Source of the DNA: an uncultured archaeon
Lineage (GTDB): Archaea; Asgardarchaeota; Lokiarchaeia; Sigyniarchaeales; SOKP01
Direction of reading: 5' to 3'
Length of the DNA stretch: 64,000 nt
Assembly (NCBI GenBank): GCA_964486045.1
Contig: CAZALK010000003.1
Location: 1 to 64,000, forward strand
In this document: positions 40,178 to 50,371 of the stretch, in pieces
Layout of the letters: each line of letters opens with the position of its first letter
Position numbering within the stretch: the first letter of the stretch is position 1
The notes under the pieces: generated by a model
Database searches by the model: none
Told to the model about the DNA's origin: nothing
Seen by the model: only the letters and a program-made list of their open reading frames with translations
Translations under genes and position numbers: made by a program

Positions 40178-40492
40178 ATGGCAACTATGAATTCAAGAAC
40201 TATTGAAAAACAGGTTGAAGATTTTTTAGATAATTCATTTAACGCAGAGGATCACTTCGTTAATAATGAAAATCAAAAAAAAAAGTTTGTTTTACTCTCA
40301 AGACTCGTTGCAGATTTATTTAAATGTGAAAATTCAGCAGTTTGTTTCCATAACATTTCAAATTTAATAGTTCTAATCTTAAACATCTACAATGAAAAAT
40401 TTCCAGTAGATATATATTCTAATGGGAGAACGGGTTCGAAAAAAAAAAGCGACAATGACTTTAAACGTATAATCAGAGAGAATTTGGTATAA
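40178..40492 (+). CDS. Small protein, divergent member of the same family
   Basis: NISNLIV...DIYSNG...FKRIIRENL, with an N-terminal extension. Confidence 0.65.
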   Translation: MATMNSRTIEKQVEDFLDNSFNAEDHFVNNENQKKKFVLLSRLVADLFKCENSAVCFHNISNLIVLILNIYNEKFPVDIYSNGRTGSKKKSDNDFKRIIRENLV

Positions 40493-40607
40493 GAGTTGGA
40501 TAAACAATTTATTTTATCAGAAAACATCAATAAATTTGTCGGGTGTTCTCTCTTAAATAATAATAATATTATATTAAAAATAAAAAGAAATAAGTAAGGG
40601 GTTCAAA

Positions 40608-40826
40608 TTGAGCTTAAAAGTAGATTTTAAAAAAATTGTGAATATTGACCATGATATTGAAGAGGTTGACGTTTTTCAAGGTATATCTCAGTTAATCATC
40701 CCTTTCTCGGTTGTCTTTAATATCAATCACTCTCCAGAAATATATACTGGAGAGGAACTAATTCCGTTCAGGGAAAAAAATATAAAATTCAGGAAAATAT
40801 TAATTGACGAGTTTATTAATGGTTAA
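40608..40826 (+). CDS. Small protein, same family, copy 4
   Basis: GISQLIIPFS...IYTGEELIPFREK...FRKILIDEF. Confidence 0.8.
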   Translation: MSLKVDFKKIVNIDHDIEEVDVFQGISQLIIPFSVVFNINHSPEIYTGEELIPFREKNIKFRKILIDEFING

Positions 40827-40898
40827 AACAGATTTGTAGAAAAAAAGAATAAAATTTGTAATTCTCTTCTTTTAGCTTATTAGGTAGAGAAAATTAAG

Positions 40899-41639
40899 TT
40901 AATTTTCCTTTAAGATGAGCTCTTTTATCCAATGAGGAAGCAAAAATCCACTATAGAAAGCAAGACCACTTAGAATTAGTATTATTCTATTTATTATTAA
41001 TATCACATCAATAATAGATCCAAAAAGTAAAGGTTTTAACCCATCTAAAGCTGCACCAATAAAAAAAAGTACTACTGCAAGCAAAATAAATTTTCCTTTT
41101 AATCTGATTTCCGTATTGTCAGATCTCATTGATACACGCGCAAAATTAACCCCTGTTATAAGAAATACTAATAACACCGATATTAAATAACCCAATGCGA
41201 ATGATTTATATTCAGCGTCTACAGAATTAAACATTACGCCAATAATTGAGACATCATTAAAGATAAAATAAAAAAAGACAATATAATATATTAATCCGGT
41301 GATGGTTGCTATTAATAAAAAAATTTTTTGTTTTTTTTTGTATAAAAAATCGGTATATGCTGTCAACCATAAAAATAGAGCTACTGGAACAAATAGATTA
41401 CCTAATGTAAAATAAAGTTCCTCACCAAATCCTGCTCCTGTAAAGAGAGCTGCGAGAAATGAAAATGCAGAAGACCACCATATTTCACATAACAATACCC
41501 ACGTAAACCCAACAAAAAGAAGTTCTCTTCTTTTATTTACAAAATACTTTGAAACAATTCGTAAACCAATTATTGTAGAGATTACAACAGTAGCTAAGCT
41601 TAAAGAACCGGTTAATATTTCAAGAGGTGTTAAAACCAT
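40899..41639 (-). CDS. 7-TM membrane protein
   Basis: Seven hydrophobic segments, IRLKGKF and FYSGFLLP.W. Confidence 0.8.
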   Translation of the reverse strand: MVLTPLEILTGSLSLATVVISTIIGLRIVSKYFVNKRRELLFVGFTWVLLCEIWWSSAFSFLAALFTGAGFGEELYFTLGNLFVPVALFLWLTAYTDFLYKKKQKIFLLIATITGLIYYIVFFYFIFNDVSIIGVMFNSVDAEYKSFALGYLISVLLVFLITGVNFARVSMRSDNTEIRLKGKFILLAVVLFFIGAALDGLKPLLFGSIIDVILIINRIILILSGLAFYSGFLLPHWIKELILKEN

Positions 41640-41779
41640 GTTTTTTCAATATGAATTTTTTGATTAAATAAATTAATTTTAATTCTTTATTAATTTATCT
41701 CTCATTCAATTATTAAAAAAAAATTCGAGATAAAACCTTCAGTTTACTCTTAAGTATAATTTACTTTTCTTTATTAATC

Positions 41780-42079
41780 TTAAAGTGACTTTGGCATAAG
41801 AAATATATTTAAACACATCGGACAAGAATTATATTTTAACAGCCAAGAATCTATACATGTAGAATGATATTGACTGTCACAGAATGAGCATTTTATTGTA
41901 TTATATTTACTTGAACTGATGTATTCATGACAAATTGTACATTGAATCTTTAGTTTTGAAGATTTCTCGTTTTTCTTCAACTTAATGCCACAAAAACAAC
42001 AGTAATTTAATTGAGACACATTCAATCCTTGAATTCCTCTCCCACAATTAGGGCAAAAATTAAATTTTGTTAAGGGCAA
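41780..42079 (-). CDS. Zn-ribbon + RING-finger protein (E3-ligase-like)
   Basis: FCPNCG...YCCFCG, then CTIC...CSFC...HSTC..W...CPMC. Confidence 0.85.
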   Translation of the reverse strand: MPLTKFNFCPNCGRGIQGLNVSQLNYCCFCGIKLKKNEKSSKLKIQCTICHEYISSSKYNTIKCSFCDSQYHSTCIDSWLLKYNSCPMCLNIFLMPKSL

Positions 42080-42207
42080 TTTTTAAGCTTCTCATTTTTA
42101 TTCTTTTAATTAACACTTATTAAAAAACCTAAATGAATTTTTTCGAGTCCAATTTTTAATTAAAAAATAGGAAAGAAAGGGAATTTATCTTCGTTCCTTT
42201 TTTCTAC

Positions 42208-42603
42208 TCATTTTTCTTGGAGGATATAGAAATACGCAAAAACAATCAAGAATGCAACAAACATCCCAAAAACCCACCAACCAACAACAGGTCCAGATTC
42301 AATTAACCACCATGCCAATCCCACAATAGCAGATACTAACCATATCAAATCAGTTTGAACAAGAAGTTTAGATTTCTCCCAATCCTTGCTTCTGTATGCA
42401 AGGAAGGAACCACAACCTAAAGCAAGAGATGCTGCACCTATTAATCTTAAAAGACCGTAATCTGCCATAGTAACTCCCACTAAATTACAATATATCTCAG
42501 GAATAAACAAAAAGAAAATACCTAAGATTAATCCTAGTATAAAATGTACAATAAATACAATTTCAAGTCCTTTTAGAAGATCTTTCCCCATTAGTTTTCT
42601 CAC
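42208..42603 (-). CDS. 4-TM membrane protein
   Basis: Four hydrophobic helices and an RLIGAA motif. Confidence 0.75.
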   Translation of the reverse strand: MRKLMGKDLLKGLEIVFIVHFILGLILGIFFLFIPEIYCNLVGVTMADYGLLRLIGAASLALGCGSFLAYRSKDWEKSKLLVQTDLIWLVSAIVGLAWWLIESGPVVGWWVFGMFVAFLIVFAYFYILQEK

Positions 42604-42715
42604 TTTTAGTTTTAATTTTTTCTAGATAGATTATAATTATACCCTCTGAATTTTTATAGAATTCGTTTTTCATTATAAAAATTCTTCCTAAAGTAGGATA
42701 AAATTCTGAAAAAGG

Positions 42716-43525
42716 TTATTTGTAATTATTGATAAATCTTTTTAATGGATCAATATATTCAACTTCGTAAGAAGAGATATTGTTGTGACCTGCTCCTTTT
42801 ATTAATACAAGTTTCTTCTCGACATCTAAAGGAACATTTTCAAAAATTAATTTTCCTTGACTGTAAGGAATAATCGAATCAAATGTGCCATGAATAACTA
42901 ATACTGGTTTTTTAAATTTTCTTATTCTTGTATCGTTTGAATATTCACTCAAAAATTCGGGTGTTATCTCTGAACCAGAAACACCAAACAATCCAGACAT
43001 CAAATCGTATATACTTGCAAATCCACTTTCAAAAATTACCCCACGTAAACTATCCGGATTGTGTGAGCCAATTTCGGATGCACAAATGCTTCCCAGTGAA
43101 CGTCCAAGAATAAATATTGAATCATTGAAATTATTCTTGATCAGCCATTTATAAAATTCATTATAGATTGGAAGGGCATCCGTAATTAAGCTAGTATAGT
43201 AAGGTTCTCCGCTACTAAATCCATATCCGCGAAAATCAATAACCGCTAAATTAATCCCACATTGAAAGAAGAAATCTTTAAAATATTGATAATCCGCTGC
43301 AATTTCTCCATTTCCATGGAATAATAGAATTGTTGGATAATTTAGATTATTTAAATAAAAAAATCCTCCAATAAGGATATTTTTTTCAATCTGGAGCTTT
43401 AGGGTTTTAATGTTTGGATCTGTCTCATTAGGTACTGGAATTTTCCGCGGATAAAAGACTATATTCGAAACTGCTGGATTATCAATTAATAATTTTCTCA
43501 CCATATATAATACCCTTTTGTTCAA
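42716..43525 (-). CDS. Alpha/beta hydrolase (ABHD17/Bem46-like)
   Basis: FHGNGE, DFRGYG.S.G, GRSLG, HGTFD, GAGHN. Confidence 0.92.
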   Translation of the reverse strand: MNKRVLYMVRKLLIDNPAVSNIVFYPRKIPVPNETDPNIKTLKLQIEKNILIGGFFYLNNLNYPTILLFHGNGEIAADYQYFKDFFFQCGINLAVIDFRGYGFSSGEPYYTSLITDALPIYNEFYKWLIKNNFNDSIFILGRSLGSICASEIGSHNPDSLRGVIFESGFASIYDLMSGLFGVSGSEITPEFLSEYSNDTRIRKFKKPVLVIHGTFDSIIPYSQGKLIFENVPLDVEKKLVLIKGAGHNNISSYEVEYIDPLKRFINNYK

Positions 43526-43657
43526 ACTTAAATATCTTTCTTTAATGACTTAGTTATTATGTTTTTTTTTGGAAAATAGTAAAATTTTAAATTAAAAGAA
43601 ATAAAAGATAAACTTACCTTTAAATCCAACTTTAAAGAGAGTAAGGTGTAAATCACT

Positions 43658-43966
43658 ATGGGAATAATAATGATAACTGTTTGGGTTTCTCCCCATGACG
43701 CTATTGAGATGGCGAAATTGTATATGAAACAACCTAGAGAAATACCTTTTGTCACTAAATGGCGTGCTTTCAATACACCAGGCGGATTACACGGTCATAA
43801 ACAATACCACTTAATTTATACAGAAAGGGGAAAAGTAGAAGAAGCCGGTTTGGAGCTTGCTAAATATTTTTTGCCGTTTACGACTAAGATCGAAAGTTTT
43901 CGTTGGCAATCTGAAAGTTTAACAGGGGTAACTGAGACATTTAAATTAATTGGGGAGAATTGGTAG
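43658..43966 (+). CDS. Small alpha/beta protein, paralogous to 54219..54539
   Basis: Similar length and pattern to 54219..54539 (I..T...P.H, K.Y, G, G..E.A, IE). Confidence 0.7.
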   Translation: MGIIMITVWVSPHDAIEMAKLYMKQPREIPFVTKWRAFNTPGGLHGHKQYHLIYTERGKVEEAGLELAKYFLPFTTKIESFRWQSESLTGVTETFKLIGENW

Positions 43967-43996
43967 TAATCTATTTATAAACTTCATTTTTTTTTA

Positions 43997-44554
43997 TTAT
44001 TTGTATCCACGCTTCTTATAGTACAATACTGAAACAGCTATCGTTCCGAGAAGTATCAAAATAAAGGGAGTAAATGAGAAGTTGATACTTGGTTGAAAAT
44101 TATTACTTGTCCAAACTGGATAGCCTGCTGAAATCCAGGCGTTTATAGCACCTAGCATGTTAAAGACTTTTGTAAAATTATGATTACCAGCGAGATTTTG
44201 ACTAGCAACTGCACCCCTAGCCCCTGACCTACAATATACAATTATCTCAGTATCATTATATGGCATCAATTCACCAATTCTTGAATCGATTTGATTGAGA
44301 GGGATCAAGGTTGCGTTATGTAAATGACTTTCATCATATTCGTTTTGTTCTCTAACATCAAGTATAAGCAAATTAGGGTATTGGGTATGGTTGTTTATCA
44401 TGGCATAAGCTGTTTGTACATCAATATCTGTATATGTTGCAGCCTTAACAGAATTTATAGGAATAAACATTAGAAAGGGTATTAACATCCCTAAAAAGAA
44501 TATTGCAACTTCAGTTTTAGTCTTAAAAATCTTTGATTTTTTATTTAACTTCAA
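43997..44554 (-). CDS. Membrane-anchored rhodanese-domain protein
   Basis: ILDVREQNEY, VYCRSGARG, AWISAGYPV, with N- and C-terminal TM helices. Confidence 0.9.
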   Translation of the reverse strand: MKLNKKSKIFKTKTEVAIFFLGMLIPFLMFIPINSVKAATYTDIDVQTAYAMINNHTQYPNLLILDVREQNEYDESHLHNATLIPLNQIDSRIGELMPYNDTEIIVYCRSGARGAVASQNLAGNHNFTKVFNMLGAINAWISAGYPVWTSNNFQPSINFSFTPFILILLGTIAVSVLYYKKRGYK

Positions 44555-44690
44555 TTTTAATGCTCCCTACTATAATTGAGTTTTAGGGTCATCTATTTTA
44601 GGAAATAACGATATAGAATTTTAACTCTTTTCTTAATTTTTATAAACTTCTTATCAATAATTTTTATATAAATAAAGAATTTAAATTGCT

Positions 44691-45437
44691 TTATTGTGCT
44701 TTTCCTTGATCTGCTACAGCTTTAATTGCTTCTTCAACTTTTTCAGAGTCCGCAAGGTAATAGTGATTAATTGGTTTTAACTGATCATCTAACTCATAGA
44801 TTAAAGGTATTCCAGTTGGGATATTTAATTTAATTATTTCTTCTTCAGGGACGTTATCAAGATATTTAACGAGAGCACGTAAACTATTCCCATGTGCAGA
44901 AACTAAAATTTTTTTTCCTGACTTTATTGTCGGTGCAATTACTTCATGCCAATATGGTAAAACTCTTTCAACTGTATCTTTCAAACACTCAGAAAGAGGG
45001 ATTTCATCTGCTGTTAATCCTTTATATCTAATATCATTCCCCGGGTATCTTGGATCACTTGTTTTAAGTACAGGAGGAGGTACGTCATAACTTCTTCGCC
45101 ATATAAGCACTTGTTCCTCACCCATCTCTGCTGCTAATTTTGCTTTATATAAACCTTGCAAAGCACCATAATGCCTTTCGTTCAATCTCCATGCACGATG
45201 TACAGGTATCCACATTAAATCCATCTTATCTAACACAATCCATAGTGTTCTTATTCCTCTTTTTAGAACCGAAGTAAATGCTATATCGAAGGAATATCCT
45301 TCTTTTTTAAATTGTTGAGCTGCTTCTTTCGCCTCTTGAATACCTTTTTCTGAAAGATCTACATCAGTCCAACCGGTGAATCTGTTTTCCTTATTCCAAA
45401 TACTTTCCCCATGTCTTAAAAGAACAAGTTTATACAT
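44691..45437 (-). CDS. gpmA: 2,3-bisphosphoglycerate-dependent phosphoglycerate mutase
   Basis: [34 protein letters not shown]. Confidence 0.97.
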   Translation of the reverse strand: MYKLVLLRHGESIWNKENRFTGWTDVDLSEKGIQEAKEAAQQFKKEGYSFDIAFTSVLKRGIRTLWIVLDKMDLMWIPVHRAWRLNERHYGALQGLYKAKLAAEMGEEQVLIWRRSYDVPPPVLKTSDPRYPGNDIRYKGLTADEIPLSECLKDTVERVLPYWHEVIAPTIKSGKKILVSAHGNSLRALVKYLDNVPEEEIIKLNIPTGIPLIYELDDQLKPINHYYLADSEKVEEAIKAVADQGKAQ

Positions 45438-45558
45438 TTTATATCAATTTTGTATTATAGTTATCGCATTATTTGAATATCTTAAAACTTAATATTTATC
45501 TCTTTACTTTTTATATAATTAAAAAAGAAGATAAAACAAAATTCTAAGATGGTTTGAG

Positions 45559-46242
45559 ATGAAAGAAGGAGGAATATTAAAGGGAGCAGATCGTAGAGAA
45601 AAAAATTGGAATAGAATCAAATTTGGTGAACCCTTTAAAAAAGCGCTTGATCGCTTTAGGGAGGAGGTTCTTAAAAGAGAGGACTTTGATCCGACAGCAC
45701 TTTTGCAGTTTGGGCTTTTTATGAGTAAAGCTGTTATAAATATTTTATTAGAAAATGAATCAAGATTTGGTGTGAAGGGTCAACAGGCAGTTAATGATGC
45801 TTTAATTAAAACAGGATATGATATTGGAAAACAAATTATGGATGGTGTAGAGATTCCTTCGGATGTATCCCCAATTGAGCTAATAAGTTATTTCGCAACT
45901 ATTGTTAATACCCAAATTTGGGCTTCAATTGAAGAGCCAACAATAGATAATGAAGAAAAATGTTCGTTCAATATTTTATGGTGCCCACTTCAAGATGTCT
46001 ATAAAGCTTTTGATTGTCGAGTTCAACGATATTTAGTACAAGGATGTATCAATGCATTTCGGGATTTGAATCCCATAAAGATTGATCATCAAGTAGAATT
46101 TACACAAACCATACCATCTGGAGCAGATTTCTGTCGATTTATCATTGGATGCAAAAATCCAGGTGATAATGATAAGTGGGAGATTTATTCGCGAATTTTA
46201 GAAGAAGAAGCACTTAAGAGAATGGAAGATTGGAAGAAATAG
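45559..46242 (+). CDS. V4R / ATC-hydrolase-like ligand-binding protein
   Basis: ILWCPL...DC...TQTIPSGADFCRF. Confidence 0.7.
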   Translation: MKEGGILKGADRREKNWNRIKFGEPFKKALDRFREEVLKREDFDPTALLQFGLFMSKAVINILLENESRFGVKGQQAVNDALIKTGYDIGKQIMDGVEIPSDVSPIELISYFATIVNTQIWASIEEPTIDNEEKCSFNILWCPLQDVYKAFDCRVQRYLVQGCINAFRDLNPIKIDHQVEFTQTIPSGADFCRFIIGCKNPGDNDKWEIYSRILEEEALKRMEDWKK

Positions 46243-46296
46243 TATTAATAAAACACGCAATAGTAGGAGGAAAATTAAGATTTAACAAAGGAGTTA

Positions 46297-46668
46297 TTAT
46301 TCCATTTTAAAATCTTCAATAAGTTTTATGTTTTTATTAAGATCGATTGTAATTGCAAGAAATTTTGGTTCTTCCTCTTCCTCTTCTTTTGGGTCAAGCA
46401 TCACAAAGTAAAATCGATTTTCTTCCAATTCATACCCTACTTCCAACTCACCGCAATTGTCTGGCAAAACCTTCTTTAAGTCTTCCGTTGCATTTTCTTT
46501 AAGAATATCATAAATAGAATCTTCAACTTTATTTTGTTTAGCTCTTATTTCCTTGATGTTAGTAAAATCGAATTGTCCAAGAGATTCCTGGACTTTAAGA
46601 TTTAATTCGTTCCAGTCATGAAATAAATCTTTTATATTAAGTTTTGATCCCATATTATATGATTTCAT
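46297..46668 (-). CDS. Hypothetical protein
   Basis: 123-aa ORF with typical codon usage and no recognised motif. Confidence 0.7.
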   Translation of the reverse strand: MKSYNMGSKLNIKDLFHDWNELNLKVQESLGQFDFTNIKEIRAKQNKVEDSIYDILKENATEDLKKVLPDNCGELEVGYELEENRFYFVMLDPKEEEEEEPKFLAITIDLNKNIKLIEDFKME

Positions 46669-46763
46669 TTGAATAAAATAAAACTTCTTATTACTATGGA
46701 AATAAATAAGAATTGAAAAATTGGTATTAAAATCTAAAATTAACTAAAAAAAGTGGTTATAAA

Positions 46764-47339
46764 GTGGAACTCGAACTCCCTGAACCTTTATTTAAAGGAA
46801 AGAAAAGTCTTGAAGAATGTATTAATAAACGTGAGAGTGTTAGAAAATATCGAGATCAAGAAATTGAGATTGAAAAAATTTCCCAGATTCTATGGGCGGC
46901 TCAGGGGAAAAAAGGTCAAAAAAGGACGGTACCCTCAGCTGGAGCAACATACCCCTTAGAGATTTATGTCGTACTAAAGAAAAAAGGATATTATCATTAT
47001 GATATCGAGAATCATAGGTTAAAGTTAATTACTGAAGAAGACATTATCCTCAGGTTAGTAGAAGAGTCTTGGAATCAAAATTTCATAGAAGACGCATATT
47101 TAAATATATTAATCTGTGCTGATTATTCGAGGACTACTATAAGGTATGGTGAAAGAGGGATGAGATATGTGTATATGGAAGTAGGGCACTGTGCTCAGAA
47201 TATTCATCTAGAAGCTATTGCTTTAGGTTTAGTTTCGGTTCCGATTGGTGCGTTTCAAGATCAACATGTAAAAAAAGTGATGAATCTCCCTACTAATATT
47301 AATCCACTTTACATAATTCCAATAGGTTATCCCCGATAA
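46764..47339 (+). CDS. SagB/ThcOx-family nitroreductase
   Basis: RESVRKY, LWAAQG, RTVPSAGATYPLE, EVGHCAQN, VPIGAF. Confidence 0.92.
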   Translation: MELELPEPLFKGKKSLEECINKRESVRKYRDQEIEIEKISQILWAAQGKKGQKRTVPSAGATYPLEIYVVLKKKGYYHYDIENHRLKLITEEDIILRLVEESWNQNFIEDAYLNILICADYSRTTIRYGERGMRYVYMEVGHCAQNIHLEAIALGLVSVPIGAFQDQHVKKVMNLPTNINPLYIIPIGYPR

Positions 47340-47368
47340 GTTCATTACTGAAATTTTTCTATGAAAAC

Positions 47369-47542
47369 TTAATATGAACGCTGCAATTCGTATTCCTCAT
47401 TTTTAAGAGTAAGTAACATGGCTTTTGGGATGAATCCATTGTGTTGTACATGTCCCATATATTTCATTCCTATTCTTTCTGCTACTTTCCAGCCACGTGT
47501 ATTATCTGGGTGTATATATGCAAATGCATCTATAAATTCTAA
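47369..47542 (-). pseudogene. C-terminal fragment of a RimJ/RimL-type GNAT
   Basis: AYIHPDNTRGWKVAERIGMKYMG, with no N-terminal half. Confidence 0.6.
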
Positions 47543-47919
47543 TCAATTACAGTAAAAATTACCTTTGACCAACTATTTGACACATCAAATCTAGCTGGAT
47601 CGGTCACTTGTGAAGTATTATTGTAGATATCAGTTGCTTTATATTAAAAAAAGAAATTCTACGACATATTTCATTTAATTACAAACCTCTTTGTATTGAT
47701 ATTTTACTAATAAACTAAGTGGAGAGAAGAAAAAATTCTGCAAAGCAAGGTGAATTTATAAAAATGTCATATTGTTATAAATTATTTTATGAAAAATAAG
47801 TAGAATAACTAAATTATACTAGATAATATAAACCAATTTGATAAATAGGAACAAACCCTTGTTATCCATAGATTCAAATTCTTATTATAGAGAAATTAAA
47901 ATTAAAAGAGATAAGAAAT

Positions 47920-48144
47920 ATGGTAGAAAAAACTGTTGACTATACAGGTTTCAGATGTCCTATTCCCGTCTTAAAAACCAAAAAAGAATTAAAAAATTTA
48001 ACTTCCGGACAAATTATCGAGGTAATTTCAGATGATATCGGTTCTAAGAAAGATATTCCCGCAATGTTGAAGAAGACCGGGGATGAATTAATTGAAATAA
48101 GGGAAGAAGATAAGAGTTTAATTTTTAAAATTAAAAAAACATAA
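47920..48144 (+). CDS. tusA: TusA/SirA sulfur carrier protein
   Basis: VDYTGFRCPIPVLKTKK, SDD.GS..DIP. Confidence 0.92.
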   Translation: MVEKTVDYTGFRCPIPVLKTKKELKNLTSGQIIEVISDDIGSKKDIPAMLKKTGDELIEIREEDKSLIFKIKKT

Positions 48145-48158
48145 ACGATGAGAATATT

Positions 48159-48581
48159 ATGGTTATGAAAAAAATGAATTATATTGTAAAGGATCACTCA
48201 TTCGAGAAATTCGCAATGATGGCGATTCTTGGAAGCTCTGCGGATGCTATGGATATAGAAATGCATTTTTTCTGTACATTTTGGGGACTGAAACTCTTAA
48301 AAAAGAATTTCAAGCCAAAAGCAAGGGGTATGCCTTTTCCTATGAAAGGTATGGGCGCGAAGATGTTTAAAAAAAGATTAAAAAAAGGTGGAATAGATAG
48401 TCTATTGGATTTAATTAAGGACGCTGTAGAAAATGGGAGTATGAAACTTTATCCTTGCACAACTACGATGGATTTAATGAAAATTAAAAGAGAAGACTTA
48501 TTTGACTTTGTAGAAGAACCAATTGGAGCTGCTGGTTTCTTAGAAATTTGTGATGATGCTGATGCAGTTATCTCATTGTAA
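48159..48581 (+). CDS. DsrE/DsrE2-like sulfurtransferase
   Basis: HFFCTFWGL, LYPCTTTMDLM, GAAGFL. Confidence 0.9.
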   Translation: MVMKKMNYIVKDHSFEKFAMMAILGSSADAMDIEMHFFCTFWGLKLLKKNFKPKARGMPFPMKGMGAKMFKKRLKKGGIDSLLDLIKDAVENGSMKLYPCTTTMDLMKIKREDLFDFVEEPIGAAGFLEICDDADAVISL

Positions 48582-48836
48582 ACCAATCTTATTCTTAAAT
48601 CAACTTTTTATATTCAAAACGGGAAATTTAGTCAAAGTCTAGTCCTTTGTGAGAAATTCCGGGCAACAACTAAAGAGCTTTACAATAATCGACTGATCTC
48701 AGCAAATAATACTTATATTGCCGATGTTTAAAGAATAACTAGAGAATTAAATCATTGTAATAAAGGAGATACCAGATACAAATGACTTAATGAATTTCTG
48801 ATTGATTAAATTATTACATCTACGAGCGAAAAAGTA

Positions 48837-49805
48837 ATGAGCTTAACTTCGAAAGTTGAGAGAAAACCAGAAATTATTGCCTATATTTTATTACTCTTAA
48901 CTGTAGTTATCTGGGGAGGAACTTGGCCATTAGGAAGATGGTTAGTTTCTGAGGAAGTCGGGGGAATGACAATCCCACCACTAATGATTGCAGTGATTCG
49001 CTATTTTTTAGCATTAATTTGTTTTTTTCTCATTCTAAAATTTAAAGAAGGAACTTTGAACTGGAGTTTTGTAAAAGAAAATTGGAGGATTTTGACCTTG
49101 ATGGGGTTTTTGTCAGTAGCAGTTTATCAAGCAGGCTATCTTATCGGTGAAATCTTTACAGCAGCGAGTGATGCAAGTATTATGATCGCAACAAACGCCA
49201 TTTGGGTTGTAATTCTTTCGAGTAAATTCTTAAAAACAGAATTTTTTACATGGAGAAAAGTTACTGGAACACTATTAGCATTCATAGCTGTCATCATCGT
49301 TGTGGGGTTCTCTCCTAATGTAGATGTCCCAAATCGAATTTTTGGAGATATTTTAATACTTGCTGCAGCATTTTCCTACGCTGTATATTCAGTAATTTCA
49401 CGATATTTTTTGAATAGAGCCAAAAACAAGGCTGAATCTTATCAACCAAGTTCTTTATGGATAATTACCTGGGTATCCTTTTTTGGTTTTATAATAACTA
49501 CACCTATAGCATTACTAGTAAGTCCGGAATATCTTAATCCATTAGAGTATTTAAGCATTCCACCTCGAGTGTGGATTGGAGTAGCATATCTGGCATTTTT
49601 TTCTACAGTAGGGGCATACACCTTCTATTTGGAAGGGATAAAGCGTTTAAATGCTAGTAGAGCCGCAATTTTCCTAACTTTAGTCCCATTATTTGGAGTG
49701 GTTTTCTCTACCATATTCTTAGGGGAAAAATTCGATGTTTTCATTTATCCTCTCGCGTTAATACTTGTAGTTTTAGGGATAAGTATTGTAAATCGAGATT
49801 CTTGA
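48837..49805 (+). CDS. DMT/EamA transporter
   Basis: About 10 TM helices, IWG, GD...L and two EamA halves. Confidence 0.9.
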   Translation: MSLTSKVERKPEIIAYILLLLTVVIWGGTWPLGRWLVSEEVGGMTIPPLMIAVIRYFLALICFFLILKFKEGTLNWSFVKENWRILTLMGFLSVAVYQAGYLIGEIFTAASDASIMIATNAIWVVILSSKFLKTEFFTWRKVTGTLLAFIAVIIVVGFSPNVDVPNRIFGDILILAAAFSYAVYSVISRYFLNRAKNKAESYQPSSLWIITWVSFFGFIITTPIALLVSPEYLNPLEYLSIPPRVWIGVAYLAFFSTVGAYTFYLEGIKRLNASRAAIFLTLVPLFGVVFSTIFLGEKFDVFIYPLALILVVLGISIVNRDS

Positions 49806-49880
49806 CATATTAGATTCAATAATCTTCTATCAATAGTTAAAAAGAAACAACTTCAAATAAAAAAAAACAATTATTTAGTT

Positions 49881-50006
49881 ATGACAGAAGTAATTTTAGA
49901 AATGGGGAATTGTGAAGAATGTCGGTCCGAGATAAACCTCGCTGAAGCGTGGAGAGTTGACGAGAAATACTATTGTCAAAGTTGTTTTGAGAATTTGGGA
50001 TTTTAA
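49881..50006 (+). CDS. 41-aa zinc-finger microprotein (below the ORF-track size limit)
   Basis: MTEVILEMGNCEECRSEINLAEAWRVDEKYYCQSCFENLGF*. Confidence 0.75.
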   Translation: MTEVILEMGNCEECRSEINLAEAWRVDEKYYCQSCFENLGF

Positions 50007-50371
50007 TTAATTTGCCTTAAATCTTAAGTTTTTTATATCCCTTTTGCAACTTGAAAATTTCATAAGATTTCATTCAAATTTGTTTTGGTATTTCAGTTTT
50101 GGTATTATTCATAGACAATAACAACAGAAAAATATTTTATAATTAATTTTATTCTCTTTATTTCAATTTTTAGGTTAATCTAATTTTAGAATTAGCTTAA
50201 TTATATATTAGCTCAATAGTTTGTTAATTATACTCGTTAGGATATTCCTCATTCTATTTATCTTCATATAAACTTTAAATTAATTTGTAGCTAAGTTGTA
50301 TATATTAGAAAAAGTTTTCAATATTATCATAATACTATCATCTTAAAAAGCAGAATGTAATAGTAATTTTT

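Noticed and set aside
42165-42207. Purine/pyrimidine inverted repeat as a structured RNA
   Set aside because: It is low-complexity and imperfect, at most a terminator for 42208..42603.
46764-47339. RiPP (thiazole/oxazole) cluster implied by the SagB-like gene, or the 37.6-40.8 kb small ORFs as precursor peptides
   Set aside because: There is no YcaO or cyclodehydratase, stand-alone SagB-like nitroreductases are common in archaea, and the small ORFs are conserved at the C-terminus and lack Cys/Ser/Thr-rich cores.
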